Shown here piece after piece: positions 1-9,357 of a DNA stretch of 64,000 bases. The notes under the pieces are model-generated. The model was not told where the DNA came from. It was given only the letters and a program-made list of their open reading frames with translations, and made no database searches. The translations under genes were made by a program, and so were the position numbers. Source of the stretch: Ignavibacteriales bacterium (GTDB taxonomy: Bacteria; Bacteroidota; Ignavibacteria; UBA10030; UBA6906); contig JBBIRR010000004.1 of assembly GCA_037441705.1 (NCBI GenBank), forward strand, positions 1-64,000. The letters run 5' to 3'. Each line of letters starts with the position of its first letter. Position 1 is the first letter of the stretch.

Positions 1-874
1 CTATCCGCGCATCGATGGGTCCCCCGGCAAACGAAGGCTGCTGTACGTTATCAACGCTCCACGACACGCTATACACCGGTTCGTTGAATGTGCCGAAGTT
101 GCGCACGATGGCATTGAGCGTTAACGCCGAGTTGGGTGCTGAACGATCGCCAACGATCGTCAGCAGCGGGTTCTCAGAGACTCCTCGCTTCGCTGTTGCA
201 GTGTAGCGGGATGCAGTCTCCACCGCCGGCTCACCGGTAACAGCAGGTGATGAAGGAATTGCGGAAGCAAACAAGGCGACAACGCCGAGGTCGTGAAAGC
301 TTGAATCCGCCACGCGGAATTCATCAACGAAGATGTTGTTGCCGTAGCGGCTCACGCCGCGCAAACTCAAGAACACGCGACTCATGCCGCGATAAGGGTA
401 GAGTGACACGAACTCCTTTCTCCACGCGTTGAACGGACGAGGGCGCTGCACGCCAAGAAGAGTCGTCCACGGACCGGCGATGCTGTCGCCGGTTGTCGCT
501 TCAACGTAAAGGGAGTCGTACGACGTGAGGTATTCATCGTCGTGATACATAAAGAAGATGAGAAAAGGATCGGTGGCGGATGCAAGATTGATTCGAGGAG
601 AAATCAGGCGTGCCTGCTCGCCGACTGCTGCATCGAACGAGTTGAACTTCGCCTGTCCTGCACCTGCATAAGGAGGGATTGAGGGATTCGAGCCCATCGC
701 GACGACACTCCATGCAGCCTGCATCCCCACCAGACGAATCTGCTGCCAGCCCGGCGGCAAGCCCGTTCCGTTGAATCCCTCGTGAAAATACACGTCAGCG
801 GATGTCGTTGAGAAAGCGCAGAGCGAGAGCAAAACAAGGAGAGGAAGGATGAGATGAGGTTGCGTTCGCTGCAT
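1..874 (-). CDS. Secreted protein with N-terminal cleaved-adhesin/choice-of-anchor-J-like domain (3' end runs off the window; probable T9SS cargo)
   Basis: Not in the ORF track. Manual translation from ATG at 874 (RBS AAGGAG upstream) gives a signal peptide MQRTQPHLILPLLVLLSLCAFSTTSA, then YFHEGFNGTGLPPGW...ARLISPRINL...YGNNIFVDEFRV...HDLGV. The frame stays open to the window edge. Confidence 0.75.
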   Translation of the reverse strand, partial: MQRTQPHLILPLLVLLSLCAFSTTSADVYFHEGFNGTGLPPGWQQIRLVGMQAAWSVVAMGSNPSIPPYAGAGQAKFNSFDAAVGEQARLISPRINLASATDPFLIFFMYHDDEYLTSYDSLYVEATTGDSIAGPWTTLLGVQRPRPFNAWRKEFVSLYPYRGMSRVFLSLRGVSRYGNNIFVDEFRVADSSFHDLGVVALFASAIPSSPAVTGEPAVETASRYTATAKRGVSENPLLTIVGDRSAPNSALTLNAIVRNFGTFNEPVYSVSWSVDNVQQPSFAGGPIDARI

Positions 875-947
875 GCACGTCTCCTTTGTGTTGGTCAAAT
901 CAACAGGAGGAGGGGAGATTCTCGATTCAATATATGATATGGGATGG

Positions 948-984
948 AAAAGAAAAAGGCTCCGTCCCTTTGCCGGACGGAGCC
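948..984 (-). terminator. Intrinsic terminator-like hairpin
   Basis: GGCTCCGTCC-N7-GGACGGAGCC followed by TTTTTCTTTT on the minus strand. Confidence 0.6.
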
Positions 985-1030
985 GTGTGGTGATGTGCGT
1001 CCTTACTTGGTGTCAACGTGGCAAGCGGAT

Positions 1031-1211
1031 ACAGGTCGCCCCTACGGGGGTTCTGTTCTTAGGGGAATGTCAATACTACAAACAGGTCGTCCATTCGGGA
1101 CTCGACCGCCGAACAGCGCGAGGGTTGACGTGCACCATCCGCTCCGTAGGAGCGGCACTGTTTGTAGAACTCAACCGCCCAGACATACCCCAAGCCTCAT
1201 CGGGGCGACCT
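1031..1211. repeat. Two inverted copies of a REP-like doublet (…GGCGACCTGTTTGTAG-N25-CCCCGTAGGGGCGACCT…)
   Basis: Minus copy 1031-1100 (ggacgacctgtttgtag…cccccgtaggggcgacctgt). Plus copy 1141-1211 (gctccgtaggagcggcactgtttgtag…cctcatcggggcgacct). Confidence 0.6.
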
Positions 1212-1230
1212 AATTATGTTCCGATCCGTC

Positions 1231-1293
1231 GATCGTGAACCTTGCATCTCGCATCCTGAACCCTGAACATTGAAGCCTGAACCTCAAACCTCG
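1231..1293. repeat. Degenerate heptamer tandem array (about 9 units, consensus AACCYTG/CATCCTG)
   Basis: gatcgtg aaccttg catctcg catcctg aaccctg aacattg aagcctg aacctca aacctcg. Confidence 0.8.
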
Positions 1294-1382
1294 AACCAAC
1301 CCGCGCCTTGACGCGCTCGCGTCCCCGCCCTTCCGTCGCGGCGCGCAGGTCGGGCCCATAAGCCGTGACGTCCGGGCGACGC

Positions 1383-1442
1383 GTAGCACGAATTTCCAAT
1401 TCGTGACCAGAAAAAAAACGCCGGACGGGAGTCCGGCGCTAC
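1383..1442. repeat. REPIN-like pair of inverted GTAG-hairpin REP elements
   Basis: GTAG-CACGAATT-TCC-AATTCGTG, a spacer, then CGCCGGAC-GGGA-GTCCGGCG-CTAC. A further CTAC-ended unit lies at about 1500-1520 and a long hairpin at about 1447-1500. Confidence 0.65.
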
Positions 1443-1535
1443 ACATGCCACGGGGCGTCACGGCGCACTCGTTTGCATCATGTGCCGTGACGCCGCGGGC
1501 AGGCGTCAGCGCTGCGCTACAAATCCAACGCCCTA

Positions 1536-1652
1536 TGTCATTCTGAGCCTCGCTTCTCAGAGGCGAAGAATCCAGAACCGAGCCATTTACTGGATTCTTC
1601 ACTCCGCTTCGCTGAGTTTACCCTGAGCGAAGCCGAAGGGTTCAGAATGACA
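1536..1652. repeat. Palindromic GTCATTCTGA…TCAGAATGAC element (MITE/REP-like)
   Basis: Terminal IR TGTCATTCTGA (1536-1546) / TCAGAATGACA (1642-1652). Internal IR GAAGAATCCAG (1565-1575) / CTGGATTCTTC (1590-1600). A partial right half (gatgcttcg…gctcagcatgac) lies at about 1700-1735. Confidence 0.7.
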
Positions 1653-1749
1653 ATGGTTTCTTTCGTACAGCCTCCTGCGAACATGTTCTCCGGTTCTCGA
1701 TGCTTCGCGCTTAGAAAGCAGCGCTCAGCATGACGGAGGGAAACACTGT

Positions 1750-1798
1750 CATCCTGCATCCTGAAGCCTGAACCTTCAACTTTGAACCTCTAACCTAA
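1750..1798. repeat. Second degenerate heptamer tandem array (about 7 units)
   Basis: catcctg catcctg aagcctg aaccttc aactttg aacctct aacctaa. Confidence 0.75.
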
Positions 1799-1847
1799 TC
1801 CCAAACCACTCGCGCATCGAGGATTGAACTTGCCGTGAGGGCCGAAC

Positions 1848-1884
1848 AAACAACAAAAGGGCGAGCCGGTGAGACTCGCCCTTT
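1848..1884 (-). terminator. Intrinsic terminator of the triple beta-helix T9SS gene
   Basis: AAAGGGCGAG-loop-CTCGCCCTTT then TGTTGTTT on the minus strand, about 30 nt after the stop at 1915. Confidence 0.8.
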
Positions 1885-1914
1885 CGCTACGGGAAGTGCG
1901 CGCTTCATTTGATA

Positions 1915-4900
1915 CTATTTGACCAGCAGCATCTTCTTGGTGCTGACGAAGGGCGCACCGCCGTCGCTTGGTCGTGCTTCAATACGGTAGAGGTACACGC
2001 CTGTGGCGACCTGCATACCGGATTGATTGCGTCCGTTCCAAACCACGTTGTGGTAGCCGGCATCCTGCACGTCGTTCACAAGCTCGGTCACGAACTGGCC
2101 GAGAATGTTGTAGACTTGCAGTCGCACCTGCGCCGCATGCGGCAAGGCATAGCGGATGGTGGTCGTCGGGTTGAACGGATTCGGGTAATTCTGCATCAGG
2201 CTGAATGTTTCGGGCACAGCGACGGGTGTTTCCTCGACGCCGGTCCAGGTATCCGGACGGAAGTCGTAGTCATCAACAAACATCTGATCCCACGCTGTGG
2301 CTCCATAGAAGTCGTTGGCTGCAAGCCGCCGCGGACTTCCGCCGCCGGATGCGCCGGCCGTCCACCGCCACGTGCGCACCAGCGTATTGTTGATGTAGAA
2401 CTTCGCCGAGTCGCGTGTCAGGTCAACCACCACTCTGGCCAACTGCCACGCATCACGCGTGAAGGTGAACGGAAACGCCGTCGCAGAGCCTGCGAAGAGT
2501 CTGCCGTTCCCTGTGGAGTCGAAGTACACCTCCATCGCCCAGTTGAACGTGCTGGGCGGCGTGAAGACAGCCAGCGTGTTGAAGTACCCGGCCTTCGTTC
2601 TCGGGATGTAGAACCGGAACGTGATGGAGTAGACGCCGGTGGTGTCCGCCGCGAGGCGCTTCACCAGGTCGTTGTTCTGAACGATCACGACGGATTGCGT
2701 TCCGCTGTAGCCACGGACGTTCGAAATCAGCGGGTCTTCCGTCGCGTTGCACGGAGAGAGACTCCATGTGGTCCAGTCCACCGGATTCTGGCAGGCGAGC
2801 TGCTGGCCGGCAGTGTATGCTTCGAAGTTATCGAAGAAGCTTGTCGGCTGGAACTCATCGGCGCCGATGTCGGGCCTGAGCGCATGACGGGTCTGACCAT
2901 CAATGTCCGTTGTGATGCTGGCAATGCGTCGCCCTCCGCCATCCAGCAGCGTCGGGATGGTGGGATTGATGTGCAGATGCGGCGCCATGAAATTCGGCAT
3001 CTCACTGACGCTTTGCGAGTCGCGTCCCGTCGTCTGCCACTGCGCCAGTGTGGTATAGTTCGTCGTTCCCACTGCCGCCACGTGGCTGCCGGGCTGAGCT
3101 GTTACGTACAGGTCGTTGTTGTTCGAGAGAAGCCCTGCAGGTGCTGTTATGAGGTACATCCCGAGGGCTCTACCGCTGCCGGTGGGGACACGCTGGTTCA
3201 CGGCAATGTTGTTCAACAACGTTGCGTTAACGGCTGCACCGGACAGATACAGTGAACCGGAAATGATACCGGCAGCATCCGTACCTGCCAGAGCGATGGT
3301 GTTGTAGGCCACCGTATCGTTCCGTCCCGTGGAGATGTACATGCCGCGTACCGTTCCCGACGTACTGCTGGTCGGGTTATCCAGCCCATACACCATATTG
3401 TTGTAGAGGAGCGACCGCGTGGTATCGGTTGCCGTACCGAAGAAGTAGATGCCCGCGGCGAACACGGCACCGGTTGCGCCGGGACGGTTCTGAACGCCGC
3501 TAATCACGTTGTTGTAGATGCGAACGTTCAACTGCTTCGTTGCGACCCAGATTCCAGCAATATTGCCGCCTGCGGCATTCGCATCCTTGACGTTCTGGAT
3601 GGTGTTGTTGGCAATGACGCTGCCGGCAACCTGCTGGTTGTACACACCCAGCGCTCCGAGCGAATCGGTCGCCGAGCCGAACGTGTTATTGGTGATGCGA
3701 TTGCCTCGTGCGACAACGTTTCCGCCGCGCAGGTAGATACCATAGAAACCGCTTCGGAAGGCGTTGCCGGTAATCAAGTTGCTGTCACCTGCTGCTGCCG
3801 ATGCAGTGTCGATGTACACGCAGATTCCCGAAGCATACGGCGCGCGCAGGGTCAGGTTTTGCACAACATTATTATCGGAGTTACCCACCAGAGCAATCGC
3901 AATGCCGCTGGTGGCGGTGTTTTCAATCGCGAGTTGGGTGGATCCCGTTGTGCTCACGCCGTCGAACGTCACGTAGCTAACGTTGCGGAAATTGAATGTT
4001 GCAGGCCCCGTCCCCACGATGCGTGCCCGAACGTTGTTCGCAGGACGGATCGTCACGCGATTCGTTTCGCTCGCGCCGGGAATCGGACCGGTCAGGTTGA
4101 TGCCGACGATATCCCGCGGCCCGTCGCCGCCCGTCTCAGCCTGCAGGGGGTTAAGAGTTATGACCTGTCCGTCGTCGGTGATCATGTCGAGTGTCCGCGG
4201 CGCGCTGAGCGCATCTAAGTCTCGTTCGCTCAATTGTCCTGTCGGTCTGTACACAGAATCAGTCAGCGAGAAGGTGACCGGACCGGACACACCCAGTGAG
4301 CCGAGCGCGCTGAAGGCAGAGTCTAACGTCGGGAAGTTGCCGCCCGTCCCGACCGTGTACGTTCCACTCAGCGCCGTTGGTGCACTCACGAGGTCCGTCA
4401 GATACCGCGGCTGTGTCTGGTACCCGTTGTTGTACACGCTCGTTGCCGACGAGAACTGCGTGATGACGCCGGTGACGTTCACGGGATAGCTCGGCTCGGG
4501 CGAGCCGGGGATCTCCGTGTCGCTGTCGATGCGCATGATGATCGTGTCGGTCGTGACGTTCTGATACATCACGATGTTCGCGCTCGTACCCGCTGAAGGC
4601 CACGGTGGTGTTGCATCGCGCCGTCGCAGCGAGGTCATGCGCAGCAGCCGCGATTCATACAGCTCGGGGTTTGCATTGAACGTGGGCACGCTCACTTCGA
4701 TCGGCGTTACCGTCCGACCGGTATCCACCACTTGAATGTCGGTGGTTTGCGTGTCCGGAATGATCTCGGTCAGCCCGCGGAACTGCGCAATCCTTCCCAC
4801 CACAATAATCGAATCTCCGCGATTGAGCGGCGGCCGCGTAATGCCGAACGAGAACAACTGAATTCCGCCGACCGCATCCTGGAAGTGATAGCCCAGATTC

Positions 4901-7900
4901 GTGGTTTGGAAGTTCGGGCCGTTCACCGTGCCCGTCACGCGAGCATAATAGAGGCTGTCCATGATTCTGCCGTTCGGGTGCATACGACGCAAACCCGTCA
5001 GCGAGAGCGGACTGATGCCTGCGTAGTAGCTCCGTGCAGCAGCCTTGGGTGTTGTTGTCGATTGACCGCTGGTGCTGTTGGCTTGAATCTGCAGCTCCAC
5101 GCGGTTCCCGTTCTGATGGGCACTGCCCGGAACAACACCGCGCCACGTGCCGTTCTGCGGCGTTCCGCCCGTCAGCGTCATCGCCACCGAGTTGACCGTG
5201 TCATTGACGTTGTAGATGAGATTCGCCGTAGAAATGCCGAGCGTGTCGGTAATCGTGCATGTAACCACGACCGTGTCGCCGGCAAACGGCACTCGTGTCG
5301 AGCGGACAATGTTCGTGATCGTCGGTGCAGGCAGGACTACCGCGGTGAACTCATCGGCTCCAATATCCGGTCGTGTGGCATTCCGGGTTTGACCGTCATA
5401 GTCGGTCGTAATGCCTGCAATCGGTGTGGCGGCGCTATCCACAATCGAAGGCAGATATGGAACGATGTGCAGATCGGTTGGGGCAACGAAGTTGACACTC
5501 CCCGAAATGGAGTTCGTGTCGCCGCCGGAGGCTCCCTGCCACGTAGCGAGCGTCGTGTAGTCCGACGCCCCAATCTTGCCGATGATGTTCAGCGTAGGTG
5601 AAGGCGCATCGGCAAAATAGTTGTTGTAGTTGATCCTGGTGAACTGCATGTTGCTGGTGGCTGCATAGATACATGTCGCTCCGTAGCCGGTGGACGCCTG
5701 CAGACCCAGCTTGTTCACGATAATGTTGTTGACAATCGTCGCCTCACTGCCCGTCCCGAGGTAGATACCCATCGAGAGCGCGTTTGAATGATTGAGGCGG
5801 CTTCCATACAGGTGAATGGAATTGTAGTATGCACTGTTGCCGCTTTGCGTTCCGGAGAACACGATGCCAATCGGATTGTCGGTGGGAATGGAAGTATAGT
5901 TCCATCCGTCGCCCGACAGATTGGCGATCATGTTGTTGCGCAGAACGTTGTTGGCTCCCGTCATGACCGAGGAGACATAGATGCCATGACCGCCATAGCC
6001 CCCCGTTCCGAAGTACAGCAGGTCATGGATGGAGTTCTGTTCGACGACGGCGTTGGTTGTTCCCGAGGCAAGCCAGATGCCCTTATCATCCTCACTCGTA
6101 ACGCCGCTGAAAAATCCCATCTCATTGCCCCGGACTGTCGCGCCGTTGACACCTTGCATGTAAAGGCCGATATAGCGCATCGAGTCGGCTCCGACCGGTG
6201 TAAACACGTTTGACTCATACACGAGGTTCGAGCCGTTCTGCGTCGGTGCCGCGCCTCCGTTGGCATACACGCCGATGTATGCCTTTCGGATGTGGTTGTT
6301 CTTGATGGTGATGTTGCTGAAGTAGCCCGGGTTCCCTGCCGTCGTTCCATCCGAAATGATCACGGCACTCGAGGTAACCGCGCCATTGATGATATGGCAA
6401 TTCATGAGGGTGCCGTTCGTAATCGGCGTGGTTCCGAGCGAGCCGAACACGATAACCTGCGGCGACGTTGCGCTGGTGTTCTGAATCGTCAGATTGCGCG
6501 TCGTGCCGCTCGGCGTATTCGAACCGTCGATTGTAATGTAGTTGCTCAGAATCCGGAAGACCGGACCGCTTGCCAGTGCCCCGCTGATCGTGGCGTTGAC
6601 GCCCGTGCTAGGTTTAATGGTCACGGTCTTGGATGCCGTCGGGACACTATCGTTGTTGACATTGATAACGATCGGGAGTGTCTCCGACGTGTAGGTGGTG
6701 TCGACCAGCAGGAATCGAACCGAACCAGCAACGCCGCGCACATTCAGGTCGTTCACTGCGGCGGTGATGGTCGGATACACGGCAAGAACGCTGGCACTGA
6801 GGCCGAGACGTCCGCGCAGGTCATCCGTCATAAACACACGTGTCGGTCCCGCATAGGGTTGATCGCCGTCCATCAACACCGTGTAGGGCTCTTCGATCTC
6901 GCGCATTTCCGTTCGTTGATAGGGCGTGATCGAAGTTGTCGTGGTGGGGCCGAGACTCTTGTGATCAATCTCGGGTCCAACCGGCACTTCACGCAGCACA
7001 CGACGCGTGAAGGTTCGCGGCGTCAGGTCCTTGCCGATGACGCGTTCGAACAGCGTCAAGCCCACAGTGTAATCGCCTGCGGCCATCGGCTGGCGCACGA
7101 CGTACCGGCTCGGGTTCGTCGGGGGTGTGGTTGCCCTCGGGGGATCGGCCAGCAGCCCGCCCGCTCCTTGCGATGGAAATACACCGACATTGGGCGGCGA
7201 GGCGTTGTCCTGAGCAACAACGAAGTACGTAACCGTATCGCCGTCCACCACACCCGCACCGAAGGTGAAGGAGTACTGGTTGCCGCTGACAAACGTGCCC
7301 GCCACGCCCGTGTAGGATGTATCGGAATGTTTCTTCCAGTACACCCGCGGCAGGCCAATCCCCGCTGTGGGAATGCCCGAAGCATCCGTGATGGTTGCCG
7401 TCAGGGTGCGGGCGCCGGTCTGGCCGGTGTTGTTCAACGGCGTGTAGCTGATGACCGGCGGTGTCAGGTCTTGCGGTATGCCGGTAAACTCATCCGCTCC
7501 GATATCGGGCGTGGTCGCATTGCGCGTATCGCCGTCAATATCGGCCGTGATGGCAGCGACGGGAGTGCCGCCCGACTCCAACTGCGTCGGCACGGTCGTC
7601 TGGATATGCAGGTTGGTTGCGCTGACGAACGGAGAGTTCTCGGCAATGCTGGCAGCGTCGCTCGAGTTTGCTGCTCTCCAATCGGCCAACGTCGCGTAGT
7701 TCGTTGTGCTGATACGACCCGTTTGATGTTGCGCATCCGGCGTGCCGACATAGAGGTTGTTGTTGTCAGAGTTGACGACAGCCGTCGTGCTCGTTTTGTA
7801 GATGGCAAAGGCAATGCCCGTTGTGCCATCCGTCCGGGTGTTCTGAAAAATGTTGTTTCGGAGGAAAGCCGGGCCGGTGGACGACGCGCGATAGTACGCG

Positions 7901-8973
7901 TACGTCAGCCTGTTGCCCGTTGTCGTGCCCGTTAGGTTAACGGTGTTGTATGCGATCGTGTCGGCAATCGTCGTGTTTGCCGTGCTGTGGTAAATACCGT
8001 AGACGGCTCCTGTCCCCGTAGCGGGGGGAAGGAGATTCCAGATGAAGTTGTTGAAGAACGCATTCTGTGCCAGCGTGCTTGTTCCCGCCACATACAACCC
8101 ATACGTGGCTGCAGTTGTGGAGGTTGTAACCAAGTCGTGGATTTTGTTCGAATAAACGCGCGCATTCAGAATGGTACTGCCGACGTAAATGCCGTAGACG
8201 GTGCTGGTGCCATTAGGTACGCTAACATCGTTGTTGTAAACAATCGGGCGAGTGATATACCAAATGTAAATACCCGCAAAGCGCGCCGAGTCGACCACAT
8301 TGTTCCTGATCGTAAGATCGTTGATGAGATCGGTGGTAGTGTTTCCTTCGGCATAGATCCCGCGGTAGACGTACTTGATGAAGTTGTTGTCGGCGACGGA
8401 ATTGTTTGGATTACCGCCGGTTACGGAGGTGTACAAGAAGTGAATGCCGCTCGCCGCTGTGAGGTTATTGCAGCGGATATTGCAGTTCTTCACGGTCGTG
8501 AAATATGATTGCCCGGAGACCCAGACGCCGTGCTGCGTTCCGGTGTTCAGGGCATTGATCGTCATGTCACGACTTGTCGTTCCGTTGTTGCTTCCGTCAA
8601 TGGTGACGTAGGCCGTGCTGTCGATTTTTATTGCAGCCCCATAGCCGTTGGCGACGTTGATCGTCACCGTTGCCCCCGCATCTGGCTTGATGACGATGGG
8701 TGCTGAAGCACTGCTTGTCGAAGTTCGGATCAGCAATGAGTCTTCGGTATACGTCCCGGTTCGAATGACGAACGTAACGCCTGGAGCAGCCGTTCCCTGC
8801 GCCGTCAACGCCTCGAAAGCCGCCCTGATGGTAGCGTAGTCGGGTGATAACCCGCCGATTGTCTTCGTTCCCGTCAGCTGTGCCCATGCACCCGGAGCGA
8901 ATGCAAGAGCAACGATCACCGACAGGAGCAAAACAGAAGTCAAGCGGTTGAGCCTGGTGTCGCCTTGAATCAT
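1915..8973 (-). CDS. Very large T9SS-secreted protein with three right-handed beta-helix (pectin-lyase-fold-like) modules, an OB-fold-like domain, a LamG-like domain and a FlgD-Ig-type CTD
   Basis: Start moved to ATG at 8973 (AGGAGG RBS, signal peptide ending AWA-Q). Three modules each end in D[IY]DG[DQ]TR…PDIGADEF. C-terminus is QNYPNPFNPTT…WNGRNQSG…ATGVYLYRI…KKMLLVK. Confidence 0.85.
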   Translation of the reverse strand: MIQGDTRLNRLTSVLLLSVIVALAFAPGAWAQLTGTKTIGGLSPDYATIRAAFEALTAQGTAAPGVTFVIRTGTYTEDSLLIRTSTSSASAPIVIKPDAGATVTINVANGYGAAIKIDSTAYVTIDGSNNGTTSRDMTINALNTGTQHGVWVSGQSYFTTVKNCNIRCNNLTAASGIHFLYTSVTGGNPNNSVADNNFIKYVYRGIYAEGNTTTDLINDLTIRNNVVDSARFAGIYIWYITRPIVYNNDVSVPNGTSTVYGIYVGSTILNARVYSNKIHDLVTTSTTAATYGLYVAGTSTLAQNAFFNNFIWNLLPPATGTGAVYGIYHSTANTTIADTIAYNTVNLTGTTTGNRLTYAYYRASSTGPAFLRNNIFQNTRTDGTTGIAFAIYKTSTTAVVNSDNNNLYVGTPDAQHQTGRISTTNYATLADWRAANSSDAASIAENSPFVSATNLHIQTTVPTQLESGGTPVAAITADIDGDTRNATTPDIGADEFTGIPQDLTPPVISYTPLNNTGQTGARTLTATITDASGIPTAGIGLPRVYWKKHSDTSYTGVAGTFVSGNQYSFTFGAGVVDGDTVTYFVVAQDNASPPNVGVFPSQGAGGLLADPPRATTPPTNPSRYVVRQPMAAGDYTVGLTLFERVIGKDLTPRTFTRRVLREVPVGPEIDHKSLGPTTTTSITPYQRTEMREIEEPYTVLMDGDQPYAGPTRVFMTDDLRGRLGLSASVLAVYPTITAAVNDLNVRGVAGSVRFLLVDTTYTSETLPIVINVNNDSVPTASKTVTIKPSTGVNATISGALASGPVFRILSNYITIDGSNTPSGTTRNLTIQNTSATSPQVIVFGSLGTTPITNGTLMNCHIINGAVTSSAVIISDGTTAGNPGYFSNITIKNNHIRKAYIGVYANGGAAPTQNGSNLVYESNVFTPVGADSMRYIGLYMQGVNGATVRGNEMGFFSGVTSEDDKGIWLASGTTNAVVEQNSIHDLLYFGTGGYGGHGIYVSSVMTGANNVLRNNMIANLSGDGWNYTSIPTDNPIGIVFSGTQSGNSAYYNSIHLYGSRLNHSNALSMGIYLGTGSEATIVNNIIVNKLGLQASTGYGATCIYAATSNMQFTRINYNNYFADAPSPTLNIIGKIGASDYTTLATWQGASGGDTNSISGSVNFVAPTDLHIVPYLPSIVDSAATPIAGITTDYDGQTRNATRPDIGADEFTAVVLPAPTITNIVRSTRVPFAGDTVVVTCTITDTLGISTANLIYNVNDTVNSVAMTLTGGTPQNGTWRGVVPGSAHQNGNRVELQIQANSTSGQSTTTPKAAARSYYAGISPLSLTGLRRMHPNGRIMDSLYYARVTGTVNGPNFQTTNLGYHFQDAVGGIQLFSFGITRPPLNRGDSIIVVGRIAQFRGLTEIIPDTQTTDIQVVDTGRTVTPIEVSVPTFNANPELYESRLLRMTSLRRRDATPPWPSAGTSANIVMYQNVTTDTIIMRIDSDTEIPGSPEPSYPVNVTGVITQFSSATSVYNNGYQTQPRYLTDLVSAPTALSGTYTVGTGGNFPTLDSAFSALGSLGVSGPVTFSLTDSVYRPTGQLSERDLDALSAPRTLDMITDDGQVITLNPLQAETGGDGPRDIVGINLTGPIPGASETNRVTIRPANNVRARIVGTGPATFNFRNVSYVTFDGVSTTGSTQLAIENTATSGIAIALVGNSDNNVVQNLTLRAPYASGICVYIDTASAAAGDSNLITGNAFRSGFYGIYLRGGNVVARGNRITNNTFGSATDSLGALGVYNQQVAGSVIANNTIQNVKDANAAGGNIAGIWVATKQLNVRIYNNVISGVQNRPGATGAVFAAGIYFFGTATDTTRSLLYNNMVYGLDNPTSSTSGTVRGMYISTGRNDTVAYNTIALAGTDAAGIISGSLYLSGAAVNATLLNNIAVNQRVPTGSGRALGMYLITAPAGLLSNNNDLYVTAQPGSHVAAVGTTNYTTLAQWQTTGRDSQSVSEMPNFMAPHLHINPTIPTLLDGGGRRIASITTDIDGQTRHALRPDIGADEFQPTSFFDNFEAYTAGQQLACQNPVDWTTWSLSPCNATEDPLISNVRGYSGTQSVVIVQNNDLVKRLAADTTGVYSITFRFYIPRTKAGYFNTLAVFTPPSTFNWAMEVYFDSTGNGRLFAGSATAFPFTFTRDAWQLARVVVDLTRDSAKFYINNTLVRTWRWTAGASGGGSPRRLAANDFYGATAWDQMFVDDYDFRPDTWTGVEETPVAVPETFSLMQNYPNPFNPTTTIRYALPHAAQVRLQVYNILGQFVTELVNDVQDAGYHNVVWNGRNQSGMQVATGVYLYRIEARPSDGGAPFVSTKKMLLVK

Positions 8974-9188
8974 AACTCCTCCTTGCGGATTGATGAAAGT
9001 GGGTTGTGGGTATTGTATGTTGAGATTAGCTGCAGCGTTGTTGATTTCGAAAGACAGAAACTCCACTGATCCCTAAAAGTGATCATCTCAATCCTTTCTG
9101 CACAACAACCTTCTTGAGAGAACGTCAGGTATGTAATCCCCTGAGAGCGATGGGCCAGAGAACACTCTGGCCTGATGGGAACTGTCAA

Positions 9189-9217
9189 AACTTACCAAAG
9201 CCAAACCACAATGTCAA
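9189..9217 (-). promoter_or_regulatory. sigma70-type promoter of the beta-helix gene
   Basis: TTGACA-17 nt-TAAGTT on the minus strand, about 215 nt upstream of the ATG. Confidence 0.6.
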
Positions 9218-9296
9218 GCAAAAACTCACGGCGCGCATGGACGCACAAGAAGGTTCGCCGAATCCGGGTACGAAAGGTGCGAAGCAATAGGCGATC

Positions 9297-9336
9297 GAAA
9301 ACAAAACGCCCCCTGCTCGGTGTGAGCAGGGGGCGT
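9297..9336 (-). terminator. Intrinsic terminator of the 2079-aa gene
   Basis: ACGCCCCCTGCTC-N5-GAGCAGGGGGCGT followed by TTTGTTTT on the minus strand. Confidence 0.85.
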
Positions 9337-9357
9337 GTACCCCGTACGCGGCCGGAC

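Noticed and set aside
1031-1798. CRISPR array or small genes in the intergenic region
   Set aside because: There are no identical 23-47-nt repeats with unique spacers and no cas genes. The listed ORFs are translations of repeat elements with no RBS or recognisable domain.
4100-7060. Inteins explaining the loop insertions in the beta-helix protein
   Set aside because: The inserts are too short and lack an N-terminal Cys/Ser and a C-terminal His-Asn.
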